Source: Octopus sinensis (lineage: Eukaryota). From it: 64,000 nucleotides of DNA. Below, piece by piece: positions 13,844 to 27,215 of the stretch. The stretch is from positions 45,260,001-45,324,000 of the forward strand of contig NC_043000.1 in the NCBI RefSeq assembly GCF_006345805.1, written 5' to 3'. The notes beneath the pieces are model-generated. The model did no database searches. It saw only the letters and a list, made by a program, of their open reading frames with translations, and was not told the origin of the DNA. The number at the start of each line of letters is the position of its first letter. Positions within the stretch are counted from its first letter, which is position 1. A program made the translations under genes and the position numbers.

Positions 13844-14699
13844 TATAACTAAAATTACTTCACAAACAGGAATAGTAGCAAAGAAAGCAGAGTTCTGATC
13901 AGCCTTGCAGTTTATGTTCCCTTTTGTCTTTTATGACTGCCTTGTTAAATACAGTCAGTAGTAGTAGCTTAGATACAAAATAAAGTTCACTTAATGAGGA
14001 TTTGATTTCCTGGCATTGCTAAAACATTGCTTAAGGAATGACATTACCTGCTCTTTTTATTACAAAATTATGGTGGGTTTCATTGGATTGAGAAATTTTG
14101 TCTTAGTTATTCAGAAGTTGTAAGACACATCCAGAATTTAACATCTTAAATTATTACCTAATTTGGCGAGTACATTGAATTAGTTTTAATCACAATCCTC
14201 CTAGACTACATAGAAGAGAATTCCCCATTAATCACTGACAGAGATTCACATACCAACATTCTACAACCACAGATTTATAGAAGAGCTATATATCTCCACT
14301 AACATACTTCTTCTACTCTTCCAAAGTAACTAACTCTATAACCTTTCTCTGAGGCTAAACATGATACTCTTCATCTGACCTTTTCTTATCACAACTGCCA
14401 ATCTCTCAGTCTATTTCCCCTTCTAACATTTTTTTACTTGTGGACACTAATTCATGGATGTTCAAGCTCTACATTGATAATATTAGTCTTAATATTTGAG
14501 AAATCCTGCAGATGTCATTAGTACTGCATCATCTCTTTTAATTTAGTTATGAAAAGAAAATATTTGTTTTTTGATTTCAGAATATTTAATATTGTTGGGC
14601 TACTGTTGCTAAAATTTTATGGCAGCAATTTCTTGTTTCCTTTTTGCAATATGAGCAAGCTAACAAAATTGATATCAACATTTTAATGATTGTTACACA

Positions 14700-15653
14700 C
14701 TGTAAATTCTCGAGTATAATCCGCATTTTTTTCTCAAAATTTAAAGATCAAAATCCCTAGTGCGTACAAGGTTAAAAATGAAAAACATTTTCTAAGCAAT
14801 GTCCGAGTCTCTATTTGCTGTCTGGCAATGTTTATTCAGACGCATTTTGTGATATCGGATGTGAAAATGTCTTAAGTTAAGCCTGAAAACAACGAAGTCA
14901 TAAAAGAATCATCCATAACTTGCAGTAAGCAACATTTATTACAACAAAAGTATTCATAACACAGAATAACACGTAACAAAAACAATTTGCAAACATATTT
15001 ACATTCCCATATAACAGTTAAGAACATCACCATTATTGTATTACACATGCATGGAAGTGTTTGTTGGACTAGGCTTAATTATGTATGAATTGTGCTTAAT
15101 AGTTTAGCACAAAATAGTTCATCCTGGTGTTTGTATTAGCAGTTTGCACCATTACTTTGGCAAACAATAGATACTTAATTAAATACCAGTATTAAATATT
15201 TGAACTACTGTGGGTCTTTACTAGGGTCTTTTATAAGTGGGACTTAAACCTGTACATTAATCTCCAATAAAACATTTTATACATTACTTGCCCATAAAAT
15301 GCCTCGTAGATCTTATTCAGCTATGTTTCAACTTGAAGTTATATCATATGCTGAAGAGCATGGTAACAGTGCTGCTGGAAGAAAATTTGATGTTGACGAA
15401 AGCAATGTCAGGTTATGGAGAAGAAATAAAGATGAAATTAAACAGATGCGAAAGATAAAGAAGGCAAGAAGGTAATAATAAAGGATGTTACCGTATATAT
15501 TTTTACAAATCAAGGATGTTATATAGACCTACTTGACTCAAGTTAGAGAAGGGGTGCGTATTATATATAAGGTTTAGGTTTTTCAGAAGTACAGCCCCCT
15601 AAAATTCCCCTGCGTATTATACTCAAGGGCAGACTTTACTCGAGGATTTACGG
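14700..15653 (+). mobile_element. Internally deleted pogo-family DNA transposon
   Basis: TIRs ctgtaaattctcgagta / tactcgaggatttacgg|TA; subterminal tgcgtattata repeats; carries a Brinker-type DBD ORF. Confidence 0.8.
15299..15475 (+). CDS. 58-aa ORF: Brinker-type (BrkDBD, POGK-like) DNA-binding domain of a pogo transposase, no catalytic domain
   Basis: MPRRSYSAMFQLEVISYAEEHGNSAAGRKFDVDESNVRLWRRNKDEIKQMRKIKKARR*; pattern RRSY...FKL.V..YAE..GN..A.R.F.V.E..VR.WR. Below the 60-aa cutoff of the ORF track. Expression unknown. Confidence 0.6.
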   Translation: MPRRSYSAMFQLEVISYAEEHGNSAAGRKFDVDESNVRLWRRNKDEIKQMRKIKKARR

Positions 15654-16449
15654 TATCTCCAGGTTAACCCTGACCATAAAAACATGATCAAGCATTTTCT
15701 GACCTTGTCCATCTTTTCCTACTACATCCAAAATTATATTAACCAGTATGTCTTTTTCCATTACTCCTCTTTTTATATGTCATAAGGTATCATCTTGCTG
15801 CTATTTCTTGCTGGTTGATTGACTACATTGAAGCTTCCCTCTTTGACCCGCTTATTGATCTGCAGATCTTATACCAAAGTGATGAGCAGGAAACTTCAGA
15901 TTCAAAGTATCTGATTTATCATTTCTTATTTTATGATTACCTAAATCATCTATATAACATGTATAAAATAACATTCTATATCTACTATCAAAATATACTT
16001 TTGAAGAGAAAACAAGGAAGTTATATTTTCCTGCACCACTGTTATGCTGATATTTGGCTAACACATCAATAAATCCAGGACTCAAAGTATAAATAAATTC
16101 TAGCTTCATAGATATACTAAATTTGCCTTCCTTCAAAGACAAATTTGGAAATTGAGCAGACAGAGCAGTCCACAATTCAACAATGAAAATTTAATGGACT
16201 ATCATAATTCTTTGATGTAAAGCCAGTTTTGGGGTTATATTTATGCATTTATATATTTATCATTTTTTTGTTTATACAAAAAAAAACTTTCTTTCGGTTG
16301 AAATTTAAAATAATATCATGGATAAATGAAAATATTGGTTTTACTGCTTTTAACAACACTTATTTGAATTTTTTCTTCTCTTACTTGTGGAGTCATGTGA
16401 TACTTACATAATATATGTTTGCTTTAGAGTATGTATAGATGTCTAAATA

Positions 16450-16700
16450 CTATATGTATGTAAAATATAGTGTTTAGTATGTGTGTGTATATTTATTTAT
16501 ATTTGTGTGTGTATGTATATATATACATATATATATATATTCATACAAACATATACACATGTGTGTATATATATACATGTGTGTATGTATATATATATAT
16601 ATATGTGTATATATATACATGTGTGTATGTATATATATATATATATGTATATATATACATGTGTGTATGTGTATATATATATATATATATCATCATCATC
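16450..16700. repeat. Compound (TA)n/(TG)n microsatellite ending in (CAT)n LINE tail
   Basis: Direct inspection; source of spurious Y/I/C/V-rich ORFs. Confidence 0.95.
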
Positions 16701-16789
16701 ATCATTGTGTAACGTCAACGTTCCATGCTGGTATGGGTTGGATGGTTTGACTAGAATTGGCCATGAAGGAGCTTGCACCAGAGTTCTAT

Positions 16790-17290
16790 GTCTGTTTGGT
16801 AGGGTTTTTAGAAAACGTTCAGCAAGGTACCATACCCTGTAGTCTGATAGTCAAGGCAGAAGAAAAGTGTAAGCATATGGCTTGTAAGAACAGTACAAAT
16901 TATGTTCAGAGATACCAGCTAAAAGTTAGCAATGAGTTCAATAAGAAATTTAACCTACAGGGAGTTGTCAATCAGGATCCTATTGTTTATTATAGTTTTC
17001 CATGCCATAATTGAGTAGCTGAAATTCAGTAGTTGAAATATACTGATTACATACTTTTCGCAGGTGAATGAATCAAAGAATTAGAGAAAAAACTCCACTG
17101 CTGGAAAGAAAACTTAGAATTCAGAAGCTTTGAGGTAAACTCTGCGTAGACAAAACTGCAAATGTGTTTGCAGGAACAATAAGATGCTACTGCCTTCTGG
17201 AAAGTGGCCATGCTCGATAAGCAAAACAGAAATAGGTAAGAATTCAATATGGTGTTCCCAATGGGCCACCAGGTATTGAATGTATGACCT
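16790..17290 (+). pseudogene. RTE-clade LINE reverse transcriptase remnant
   Basis: KTFSKVP...WLVRTVQIMF; KELEKKLHCWKENLEFRSFEVNSA*TK; SGKWPCSI...GKNSI, with stops and frameshifts. Confidence 0.7.
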
Positions 17291-17917
17291 TAGAATCATT
17301 AACTGAATACCCTAACCATTAAACCACATGCCTTTACATTTGATTAGTATAATGTTGAATGGTAATGAAACTTGGTCTAGGAATTTGGAGGAGGTGAAAG
17401 GAAAGATGAAGCAATTATAGGGTGCAAGATAGAAGACTGAGATGATAGAGACATGTGATGTATATCGAGGCTATAAAATGGGTACAGAGGAGCCACGGAA
17501 ACCAACTGGTAGGAATCTGTGAAAGAAGAAGACATAGAAAGATGTGATGGCAGCAAATCTCAGGAGGTTTAACATCTCAAGGGAGATAACAAAGGACCAC
17601 AACACGTTGTGAGATACTGTGCTAAACAAGACCTGTCCAACCCATGCAAGTGTGAAAAAAAAAAACGGACATAAAATTATGTTGAATATATATCTATTAT
17701 ATATTTGTGATTGTCAGAGTGTACATCACTTGATTCAATGAAGTGTTGTAGACATCAGAGAGACAGACAGGCAGATACAGACAGACAGAGACAGAGATGA
17801 GAGAAAGAGAAGTAGTGAGACAGAAAAAAAGATAGCAGTAGTGAAATTGAAAGAGCCACAAGAGATCAAACAAAAATCTCTGACTTTGTTGACCTAGGTT
17901 CACATAAAAAAAATTAT

Positions 17918-17949
<32 letters not shown>

Positions 17950-18062
17950 AGTGCATGCGTTTGTGAAAACACTTCTGAGTGTGTTTAAGGTGGGAGGGAG
18001 GTGACGGACTCAGATGCTGGTATATACATCAACTGTGCACACACAAAGTGTGTGTGTTTGTT

Positions 18063-18104
<42 letters not shown>

Positions 18105-18659
18105 CATGTGTGCATGTATACATCTTTCAAATATGATGATATAAAACATACAATAATATAATGTGTTGATCTACCCTTCACTGTTTTGATAACTACACAA
18201 GCATATATCATCTCTGTTATAAATACCATCTATATTCTGCTGTTTCCGTGTGTCTATGTTCTGTACGTCTATTTCTGTCATTTGTGCGTGTGTGTTGCAA
18301 CATGCAAATACATACATAACATTACTGTGTTACAATTGCAATTCAGCAAGCCCTAGCTCCAACAGGAACTGCAAACTTAAAGCTTTTTATTTTTCTTATT
18401 ACTTTGCAGAGATGATATATTTGTTCAAACTCTGGTTAATTATCCACTTCTTTCATATCAGACCTGGAAAAAATGAAATTGTTCCTGTAGACACCTCAGT
18501 TTTGATTACACATTAGGCAGATATCGGAAACATATCAGATTTGATTACATTTTAGTGGGAGACCTATATTCTTCATTCTAATCTGCAGGGATATTTCTAC
18601 TTAAAGATGCTCCTACATGAAATCAGAAGATCAAGATTATTACATCACCAATTGTAACA

Positions 18660-19009
18660 GTGGATTGTTATGTTTGTGCTGTTGCTGTTGCTGTTGAGGG
18701 AACGGTCTTCGTCCCAGAGCTCGCAAGATGGAAGAAGTCCAAAACATGGTCCTTTGCTATTCGTAAGACTCTCAGAAGAGAAAGCAGGTCAACCCCCAAC
18801 AATGAGAGCATTGACAGATGGATGAATGTGCATCCAGGCTCAGCGGTTGTGTAGGAAGTCGGGAACAAGAAACAGGAAGAAAGAGTGAGAGAAAGTTGGG
18901 GCGAAAGAGTACAAGGGTCGCCACCACCCCCTGTCGGACCCTCGTGGAGCTTTAGGTGTTTTCACTCAATAAACACACACTGACTGAACCATTGGGCCAT
19001 TGCACCTCC
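18660..19009 (-). mobile_element. SINE family B copy with tail type 3 and internal head deletion
   Basis: Head ggaggtgcaatggcccaatgg at 19009; body shared with family B; the tail 18660-18865 is unrelated to other copies and ends in (CAGCAA)n. Confidence 0.7.
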
Positions 19010-19057
19010 ACAGTTTGAGAAGGTTGTTTCAGGTGAAGCATGTTAAAAAATAAATAT

Positions 19058-19770
19058 CAATGGGAAGCAATAATGAGGGAAGCAGTTGTTTTGCTATCGC
19101 CTTGAAAACTCTGAAATCTCTTTGCAGCTCTATTGGAAATACTTGGCATGTCATCTCTCTTTAGACTGTGATTAAAATTTAGTGGAATCCTGCCAGTCCG
19201 TTAAACATACCAACTACAGTGACACAATCCTAAGCATGGCAATCATTTCAATGATATCATCTTCAATATGGCTTTCGTTGTTACTAAGGACAACGTTCTA
19301 AGCAATTGATAGTGATGAATTGCATAAATATGGTCTGTCTAATAGTAATCTGTAATCAGTCAAAGAGGAACTAAGCACTAATATGAGAAATGCTGTGACA
19401 ATAAATAAATCTATGGCTAAATTTATAGCAGCTGTAAGTTAGTTTGTTTGGTGATAAAAAGGTAAAATTTGAACATAAAATAAATTAAATATTCTTTCTT
19501 GGTGCAACAGAAGGAAGGAAAAAAGAAACATTTCCAATAAGGCTGGTGAAGGTTGAAGTAAGACAACATGAGGAAATTGCTGTGGTAGTTGCATTTTTGT
19601 ATATTGCTGCCAATCTACTGCCTGGAGATCAAGCAACTCACAATGCTTTCATTCTATAATTAATGAGACAGCAATTTGTAACATTAGTAAAGGATCACAA
19701 GCTTATGATGGATTGAAGCAACGTTCAATGATAATTTACAAGTGAACCATGTCTCATAAAGTTGCTTTGC
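19058..19770 (+). pseudogene. Helitron Rep-helicase fossil (linker plus PIF1 helicase motifs I-II)
   Basis: Collinear degenerate motifs: QWEAIMREAV; KL*NLFAALL; DIIFNMA; GDKKVKFEH; FFLGATEG..ETF (FFLDAPGGTGKTF); VRQHEEIAVVVA..IAANLLPG (IALAVASSGIAATLLPGG); CNISK; TMSHK (DECTMAHK). Confidence 0.75.
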
Positions 19771-19953
19771 AGTTTTACATTGAAGTGTTTATGGGATAAA
19801 GGAAAAAGTTCTTTCAGTGGAACAAGAGAAGTCTTGGTAGGAAACATTCAGTCATTTTAATGACCAAAATATCAGCTGCTTCAGATTATCCCAATTATGG
19901 TAGTATGATAAGAAATTAAAATTCGAAACTCACATGTGAGCTTAATTTGTTAA

Positions 19954-20344
19954 GGGAGGAGGGGAAGCACTCCGTCAGTTACGACGACAAGGGTTCTGGT
20001 TGATCCGAATCAACGGAACAGCCTGCTCATGAAATTAACGTGTAAGTGGCTGAGCACTCCACAGACACGTGTACCCTTAACGTAGTTCTCGGGGATATTC
20101 AGCGTGACACAGAGAGTGACAAGGCTGGCCCTTTGAAATACAGGTACAACAGAAACAGGAAGTAAGAGTGAGAGAAAGTTGTGGTGAAAGAGTACAGCAG
20201 GGATCACCACCATCCCCTGCCGGAGCCTCGTGGAGCTTTAGGTGTTTTCGCTCAATAAACACTCACAACGCCCGGTCTGGGAATCGAAACTGCGATCTTA
20301 TGACCGTGAGTCTGCTGCCCTAACCACTGGGCCACTGCGCCTCC
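19954..20344 (-). mobile_element. SINE family B copy with tail type 2 and 12-bp TSD
   Basis: ttaatttgttaa flanks both sides (19942-19953 and 20348-20359). The tail (...cgtcgtaactgacggagtgcttcccc) differs from other copies. Confidence 0.85.
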
Positions 20345-20744
20345 ACTTTAATTTGTTAAAGGACTACACTCTCTAGGTTTTGGCAAAGGATTTATCAGAA
20401 GAAATGGCTGTAAGAGGAATAGGCATGACTATGATAGGTGAAGGCATGGCTGTGTGATTTAGAAGTTTGTTTTGCAGCCATGTCATTTTAGACTTAATAC
20501 TACATCCACCATTCTGGGCAAGAATCTTTTTTCTAGATTGAGTGAATACAGCTGAGTAGATACAACTAAGGCATCTAAGTGCAAGAGGGTAGTTATAAGC
20601 CAGTTCGCAAATAAACCTCACAGTTTCTCTGTCTAAATTCACTTACATGACTTGGATTAACCTGAAGTTATGATATAATGAAAACTATTCCCAAAGGAGC
20701 TATGCAGTGGTATTGAACTCTAAAATACATGATTGCAAATTTTT

Positions 20745-20937
20745 TTACTTTTACTCTTTTACTTGTTTCAGTCATTTGACTGCAGCCATGCTAGAGCACC
20801 GCCTTTAGTCGAGCAAATCGACCTCAGGACTTATTCTATCGTCTCTTTTGCTGAACCGCTAAGTTACAGGGATGTAAACACACCAGCATCGGTTGTCAAG
20901 TGATGTTGAGGGGACAAACACAGACACACAAACATAT

Positions 20938-21000
<63 letters not shown>

Positions 21001-21166
21001 TACAATGGGCTTCTTCAGTTTCCATCTACCAAATCCACTTGCAGCCACTGTTTGGCCCAAGGCTATAGTAGAAGACACTTGCTTAAGGTAACACGTTGTG
21101 GGACTGAACCTGGAACCATATAGTTGTTAAGCAAGCTACTTACCACACAGTCACTCCTGTGCCTAT
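20745..21166 (-). mobile_element. tRNA-derived SINE family A (ataggcgcaggagtggctgtgtgg head; internal microsatellite; gagtaaaa tail)
   Basis: Highly similar copies at 28516, 30931, 33719, 35295 and 41177; A/B-box-like tggctgtgtgg and ggttcagtcc. Confidence 0.85.
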
Positions 21167-22023
21167 ATAAGTAAACATTTTAATTATACATTATCTATGC
21201 TAACTTACGTTACTAGTTTTCAAAACTGATTTTCATACTTCTTGTCTTCAGCATGAATATGTAAAAGCATCTCCACCTCTTCACCAAATGTATCAGAAGT
21301 ATTATTACACTTCTGGTGTGCAAATTGGATGTAATTAATTAGATAAATTTAAAAGGCAAAAGAAATTTTGCCTTAATCCCCAAATTTCAACAAAACTTTT
21401 AATAAAACAACACACATAAAATAATCTTCAATAAGAAACATTTCCAAGGAAATATTTCAATAGAAAATAAATAATGTATTTAGTACTTAGACAAAGGACT
21501 TTGTAAGCTTAACAGCTGAGAATTTTCTCTGAAGAAACTATATGTATCATTATTGGTGTTGCTAATATCTTTTCAGTTATTAGCTACATAATATTATAGA
21601 TTACAATATTAGTGAGAAATATACATACATATGTACACACACATATTCTCTTTGTTTCTTCAATAAATAGGATAATATAAATTTTATTTTCATTTATTCT
21701 TTCCCACTTTTTTTTATTTATATTATGTACATATTGTTTTGTTTTCTTTCATGAATAGTGATATCCAAATATCCACGTCACAAATTCCAGACAAAAAGAT
21801 TATCATAGAAATCTAGATGAAAGGTACATTATATATATGGAATTATATATTAACAAAGTGGTGAGATTATATCTACTGTCTTGCAGCAGATGGTTTCAGA
21901 TCTTGGCTGTGGTTTTGCTCCATACCTAGCAAAGCGGCAAATTGAATTATTATAAAGAGGTAACCCAATCTCAATCTTAGCTCAGTACAAATCATTTGTA
22001 TGTATTTATGTATATATATATAT

Positions 22024-22057
<34 letters not shown>

Positions 22058-22410
22058 ATGATATATGTTTGCATTAATTTTCAGTAAATACAGAGTGCAT
22101 TTTATCTCTTCAGATGTGATTGTGTCAATGTAAGTTAGTATATTGGCTTCTTTCAAAGTGACTGAATGTATTAACAGTTATGTTCATATTCGATGAAGTC
22201 AAAGAAGAAACATCATTGACAATATGATGACATTAAAATTTCACTAGTTTTTCTTAAAGAAATTATGTTTTAATGATTGTTTCTTGATATATCTTTGCAA
22301 TCACATCCTTGCAGGACTGATTAAACTACGGCACCTTGACAAAGTGCATTTTGCCATAGACTAAAGTCAAACTAAGTTCTGTTAGTGGAATTGCTTGATA
22401 GAAACTGTGC

Positions 22411-22652
22411 AGAAGGGTGGTGAGCTGGTAGAAACATTAGCATGCCGGGCGAAATGCTTAGCGGTATTTCGCCTGCCGCTACGTTCTGAGTTCAAATTCC
22501 GCCGAGGTCGACTTTGCCTTTCATCCTTTCGGGGTTGATAAATTAAGTACCAGTTACGCACTGGGGTCGATGTAATCGACTTAATCTCTTTGGCCATCCT
22601 TGTTTGTTCCCTCTATGTTTAGCCTCCTGTGGGCAATACAGAAATAAGAAAA
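22411..22652 (+). mobile_element. SINE family C (gaagggcggcgagctggcagaa head)
   Basis: Near-identical copy at 50496-50732; degenerate copies near 9005, 28285, 39825, 40798, 53900 and 55880. Confidence 0.85.
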
Positions 22653-24469
22653 TGTGCAGAAGTCAACTGGATAGCTGTTTCTCTTATTGTTTACTTCTTT
22701 ACTTTATTTAACATTACTGCTTCTATTTTGGGTGCCATCAGATGGGTTTTTTGCATTGCTAATAATTGGATTAGGCCTCTAGTCAAGGAATAACTCGATG
22801 TTTTGGTGAGCTGCAATCTATTAGCAGTGGTTTATTTCTAATTTTCTCCAACACATTTCGGAAATTCTTCCAATGTCATGGATGATATTTTTCTATTATC
22901 TAAACTATGCAAGCCTACCCTTTATTTCAAATACATCACGAGATAGTCTTGATTTTTTATTGAACCCAGTAAATTTTACTCGTGTTGTTAATAGCCTTGA
23001 GAAACATATGAATGTCACAACTTTGGTTTGTCTTCTATAAGACCCTCTTATGCTATGACAAAACAAAGCATTATTTTGTCTTGACTTGGAACAATGGACA
23101 GGTATGAGAGAATAAAAAATTTTGTCACAAATGCTTTTCAGTAAGTTGTTTAGTGTTTTAATTTTCTCATTCTGCATTCAATACATGCACCTACGACCTC
23201 TCCTAGCTCTTTCTTTCTCCTTACTCTTTCCTCAGCCCCCTCCCCAATCTAGTATACTGTACTCTTCTCCAGTACCTCTATGATATCTCTAGCCTCTCTT
23301 TTCTTCATTGCTGTCATTGCATTCTCCCCCAGTCTCTCCTTCATTTTTTTAAAGTCCTGTTCTCTGTTTCTTCAACAGCTCCTCTCATCTCTCCCATCTT
23401 TAGTTTGCCCAACAATCCTCATATCTTTCTTTCCTTTTATGATTCTCAGGATCCCCTCCACCCCTTTCCCATTGTCCTCCTTCATTTCCCCTTGCTTTCA
23501 CACCTTTCATCCATACTTACTCTCATAACGTAGGATAGCCCAGGATTCCTTGACACAAACCACTTCATCACATTTCTACTTTATCTCATTTCCTCTTGTC
23601 CTTTCCTTTCTTAATATTCCTTGACATAAATCCCTTACCCTTGTTCTCTTACATACATCTTCCCTCAATAATAGCTTCTCTGTTTCTCTCCCTCCTACAA
23701 CATTCTCACAAATATAAATCTGTTTCTTTCATCTTAATTTGCCCTCTCTCATCACCCTGCCTAGAATCTTCGAACCATCAAATGTTATGTTCTACAATTA
23801 TTGGGGTCAATGTGACAGCAAACAAGTTAGGGGTTGGAAATGTACTGCTCTGAAGAGTTGTTTATTTGTTTCTGGCCTTCACATATTGGTGATTAAAATA
23901 CATTAACTGCTATATCTTGAATCCTCCTAATTTCTAACATCCACTTTTCCATGAGTTAGATGGAATTTGTTGACAGATTTTCTATGGCTGAATACTGTTC
24001 CTGGATACACTTCCCTCACCTATTTTCAAGCAGGATAATAGAAGATTGGAAATGAACAACACTAACTAAAACAAATCCACTTACAAAGCTTTGCCCAATC
24101 TATAGCTTATGTAAAAGGCATTTGCTCAAGATGCAATGCAGTAAGAATGAGTCTAAAACCACCACCTGATTGGGAAGCAGATTGAACATAGCATGTTGCA
24201 TAACTATTACACCAAGGACTGCAGCTAGCTAAGAATTATATGTAGCATGTATTTTACCTGCTTCACTCCATAATTAGGATTTTTATTTGCATGTGTAGCA
24301 GTTCTAGTTGCTAACTGTGAGTTATATAGAAACTCTCAGCTTATCAAATTTCCTAGCAAATTTGATATGGGAAAAAGTGTGTAACTCTCTCCAGTTTTTG
24401 TTCTCTATACATGCCACTCACTGCTTGAAGCTTAGTAACTTCCTATACTCAGATCCCCTAATCATATTT

Positions 24470-24810
<341 letters not shown>

Positions 24811-27002
24811 GAAATGTACTGCAAGTTATGCATTAGAAATACGATGAAAAAACTTTCATACATCATAATCATATGAGCTATATTAGAATAATTTGATTTT
24901 ATAATATAAAATCTAGTTTTTCAATGGCATGCAACCCAACACAATAGTGATTTAAGTTTGAATAGAAATTCAAATCCCTACCCTCTCTTGAATTCCATTT
25001 TATGAAAAGATGTTTTTATTAATTTTAAATTTCAAATTAGGGAGTGAAAAAAAAAATAACTGGTAAAATAAAATACAGAAAGCAAAAAAAATAAATAAAT
25101 CATATAAGGTGAATTGAAATTTCAAACCCTGAATACTTCTCATGTAAGACAGAGCTTACTTCTTGTTGTAGTGTATGTATGTCTGCAATAAGTGCCAACA
25201 TTTAGCTCACTGAATGTAAATCTTAGCTACAATCAATATTCTAGTATTATTAGAGGTTGTTAAGATTTCATGCCCTCAGCTGACACCTATTTCTCAAGTA
25301 CCATCTCAATCTTTTGCCAGACCCATGAATTATTAACTGCTAAGTTCTTGACTTGCTAGATTATTCAAGCATCTTCCTATCGCTTCAGGTGTGTCATAAA
25401 CAAGAATTAGAACATTTCTTAACAGTAGTGAATATCTTATTAATATTTCCCAAATATATTTGGCATGAATTATCATTCAATAACTTTTCCAATCTCAGAT
25501 TAATAGAAGTTAAAACCTTTTTACATTATTTAGTAGTCTATAATGAAATTATCTTTGCATTGATTGATGAAAGAATTGTTCTACTTCTATTCAGTAGTGG
25601 TACTGGATTACATAACTTCACAGAATTAATAAAAGTTTCTACTGTAAGGAAACAAGTTTTAGTCTCACAACACTGTGTTCTTGTAACACTGATTTGCTTT
25701 GATTCAATTTTAAGGCCATTTTATGTAGGGAAGGGGTCATCATTTGAATTGATCACTGTACACATTAAAGTCAACCTATGAAGAATTTAAAATCATAATA
25801 TGAATTTGAGGATTTGGTAGATGTATTGAAGAAATGTTTTATGGTATTTTGAGGCATTTCTTCCAGCTTCTTGCAGTCTGTGTTCAGTTCCCACTGAAGC
25901 CAACTTTGCTTTTCACTAAGTTGAATAAAGTACCAGTCATTAGAGCATTGGACAAGATACCTTGGTGTATTGATTGTTTATGGCCTTTTGAGTTCTGGGT
26001 TCAAATCCCACTACAGCTTACTTTGGTGCTACATGTAACCTCCCAGTTTAACATCATCATCTACACTTTGGGTACATTTAGCACAGTCCACTCTCTTACA
26101 AGCAGTTTGAGGATACCTTCCATCTACACCCTACTCTGAAAAATATCATGGACTTCTTCTGACTAATCAATAAAAAGAAATGATGCTAAATACATGGTAT
26201 AGATATTATGAAACAATTTCAGAATGAAATGGTTCACTGACAAGATCTGATTTATGTATTGTTGCTTAATGAGCAACCGTGTTGTTAATTACACTAGCAA
26301 ATGGAAATGCATGTTTCAAGCTAGGTCAATGATTAATACTATTTCAATTGTTTTTGCTCATATGTGAGACATCACTGAGTATGATTTTTGGTCTCAGTAC
26401 AACCTTATTAGTGAAGCAGACTTTCTGAAGAAATGATTGGCCTGTAGAGCCTTCAGTTACAAACGTCTTCTATCAAAAATTTGCTTCACATTTACTGGGT
26501 GAAAGTGATCAATTTTTACCTGCTAACTTCAAAACTATGAAGAAATTATTCTATCATGTACAGTTTCTTCCCGAAATCGATCATGATATTTTCATACTTA
26601 AATAGACTATAACAGTATAATTAATTGGTGTAATCTTGAAAAATAAGCATCTGGCCAAGTTTAGATCACTTCAGTTACACAAAGAGGTGCCTACATCACT
26701 GTAGCTTCCATCACCTGCGAGCAGTAGGAAGAGAAAGATAAGCTTTACAATGTTACATTGCTTAGGTTACACCGTATCTCTTTTTATTCCAGTTTCTTTC
26801 TCATACAATTTCCAATGTATATATGCTACATGCTTTATTTTACTGTATCAAATATTACATTTTAATGCTTCATAATAATATTATGTACACAATTAGGTGT
26901 TAAATTAAATTTAGCTTGTTAAAAAAATGCCCCTCCCATTCTTTACAAACCTCCACAATATTTGAAGCAAGGACGTCTCCTAGAAGACGTGCACTGAGCT
27001 TG

Positions 27003-27215
27003 GATAACTTTTGCTACATTTTTAGCAAGTTTATGAAACATCAGAGAAACATTACCAAATTTGTCAAAATATCTCACTGAACCTACTTTGGTGAGAAATT
27101 AGAAGTGAACTCTTCATAAGGCCTGCTCAATTTGTGTTGAAAAATGAAGACAATGGAAAAATGTACAAAGAAGTGTTTTAGTTTGCAGGGTCCAAGTGAT
27201 GATTGCTACTTTTGC
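27003..27215 (+). pseudogene. Cys-rich N-terminal fragment of an invertebrate DNA transposase (superfamily not assigned)
   Basis: DNFCYI...RNITKFVK..*TYFGEKL...HKACSICVEK*RQW...DDCYFC follows a recalled pattern FCYICG..YFG.KLGDQDK.WAPH..C..C...LRQW...DCYFC. Confidence 0.6.

Noticed and set aside
15990-16200. Possible hAT transposase C-terminal remnant (minus: ELWTALSAQFPNLS...)
   Set aside because: Similarity too weak to support without a profile search.
16470-16842. Several overlapping 80-119 aa ORFs rich in Y/I/C/V/H
   Set aside because: Translations of (TA)n/(TG)n microsatellite. The same applies to ORFs at 20893-21123, 24470-24799, 34502-34725, 38265-38447, 39020-39280 and 53310-53498.
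19380-19390. LSTNMR, resembling a downstream Helitron helicase motif and suggesting scrambled domain order
   Set aside because: Flanking residues align collinearly with the pre-helicase linker, so the match is coincidental and there is no rearrangement.
21885-21960. Exon-like segment containing DLGCG (methyltransferase motif I-like)
   Set aside because: All three frames hit a stop before the donor; a 5-residue match is expected by chance.
23180-23760. Long pyrimidine-rich tract (possible triplex DNA or PLE 3' region)
   Set aside because: No mirror symmetry or diagnostic motif found; low-complexity sequence only.
25353-26139. 142-aa and 101-aa plus-strand ORFs
   Set aside because: No recognisable motifs or consistent splice structure; compatible with chance ORFs in T-rich DNA.
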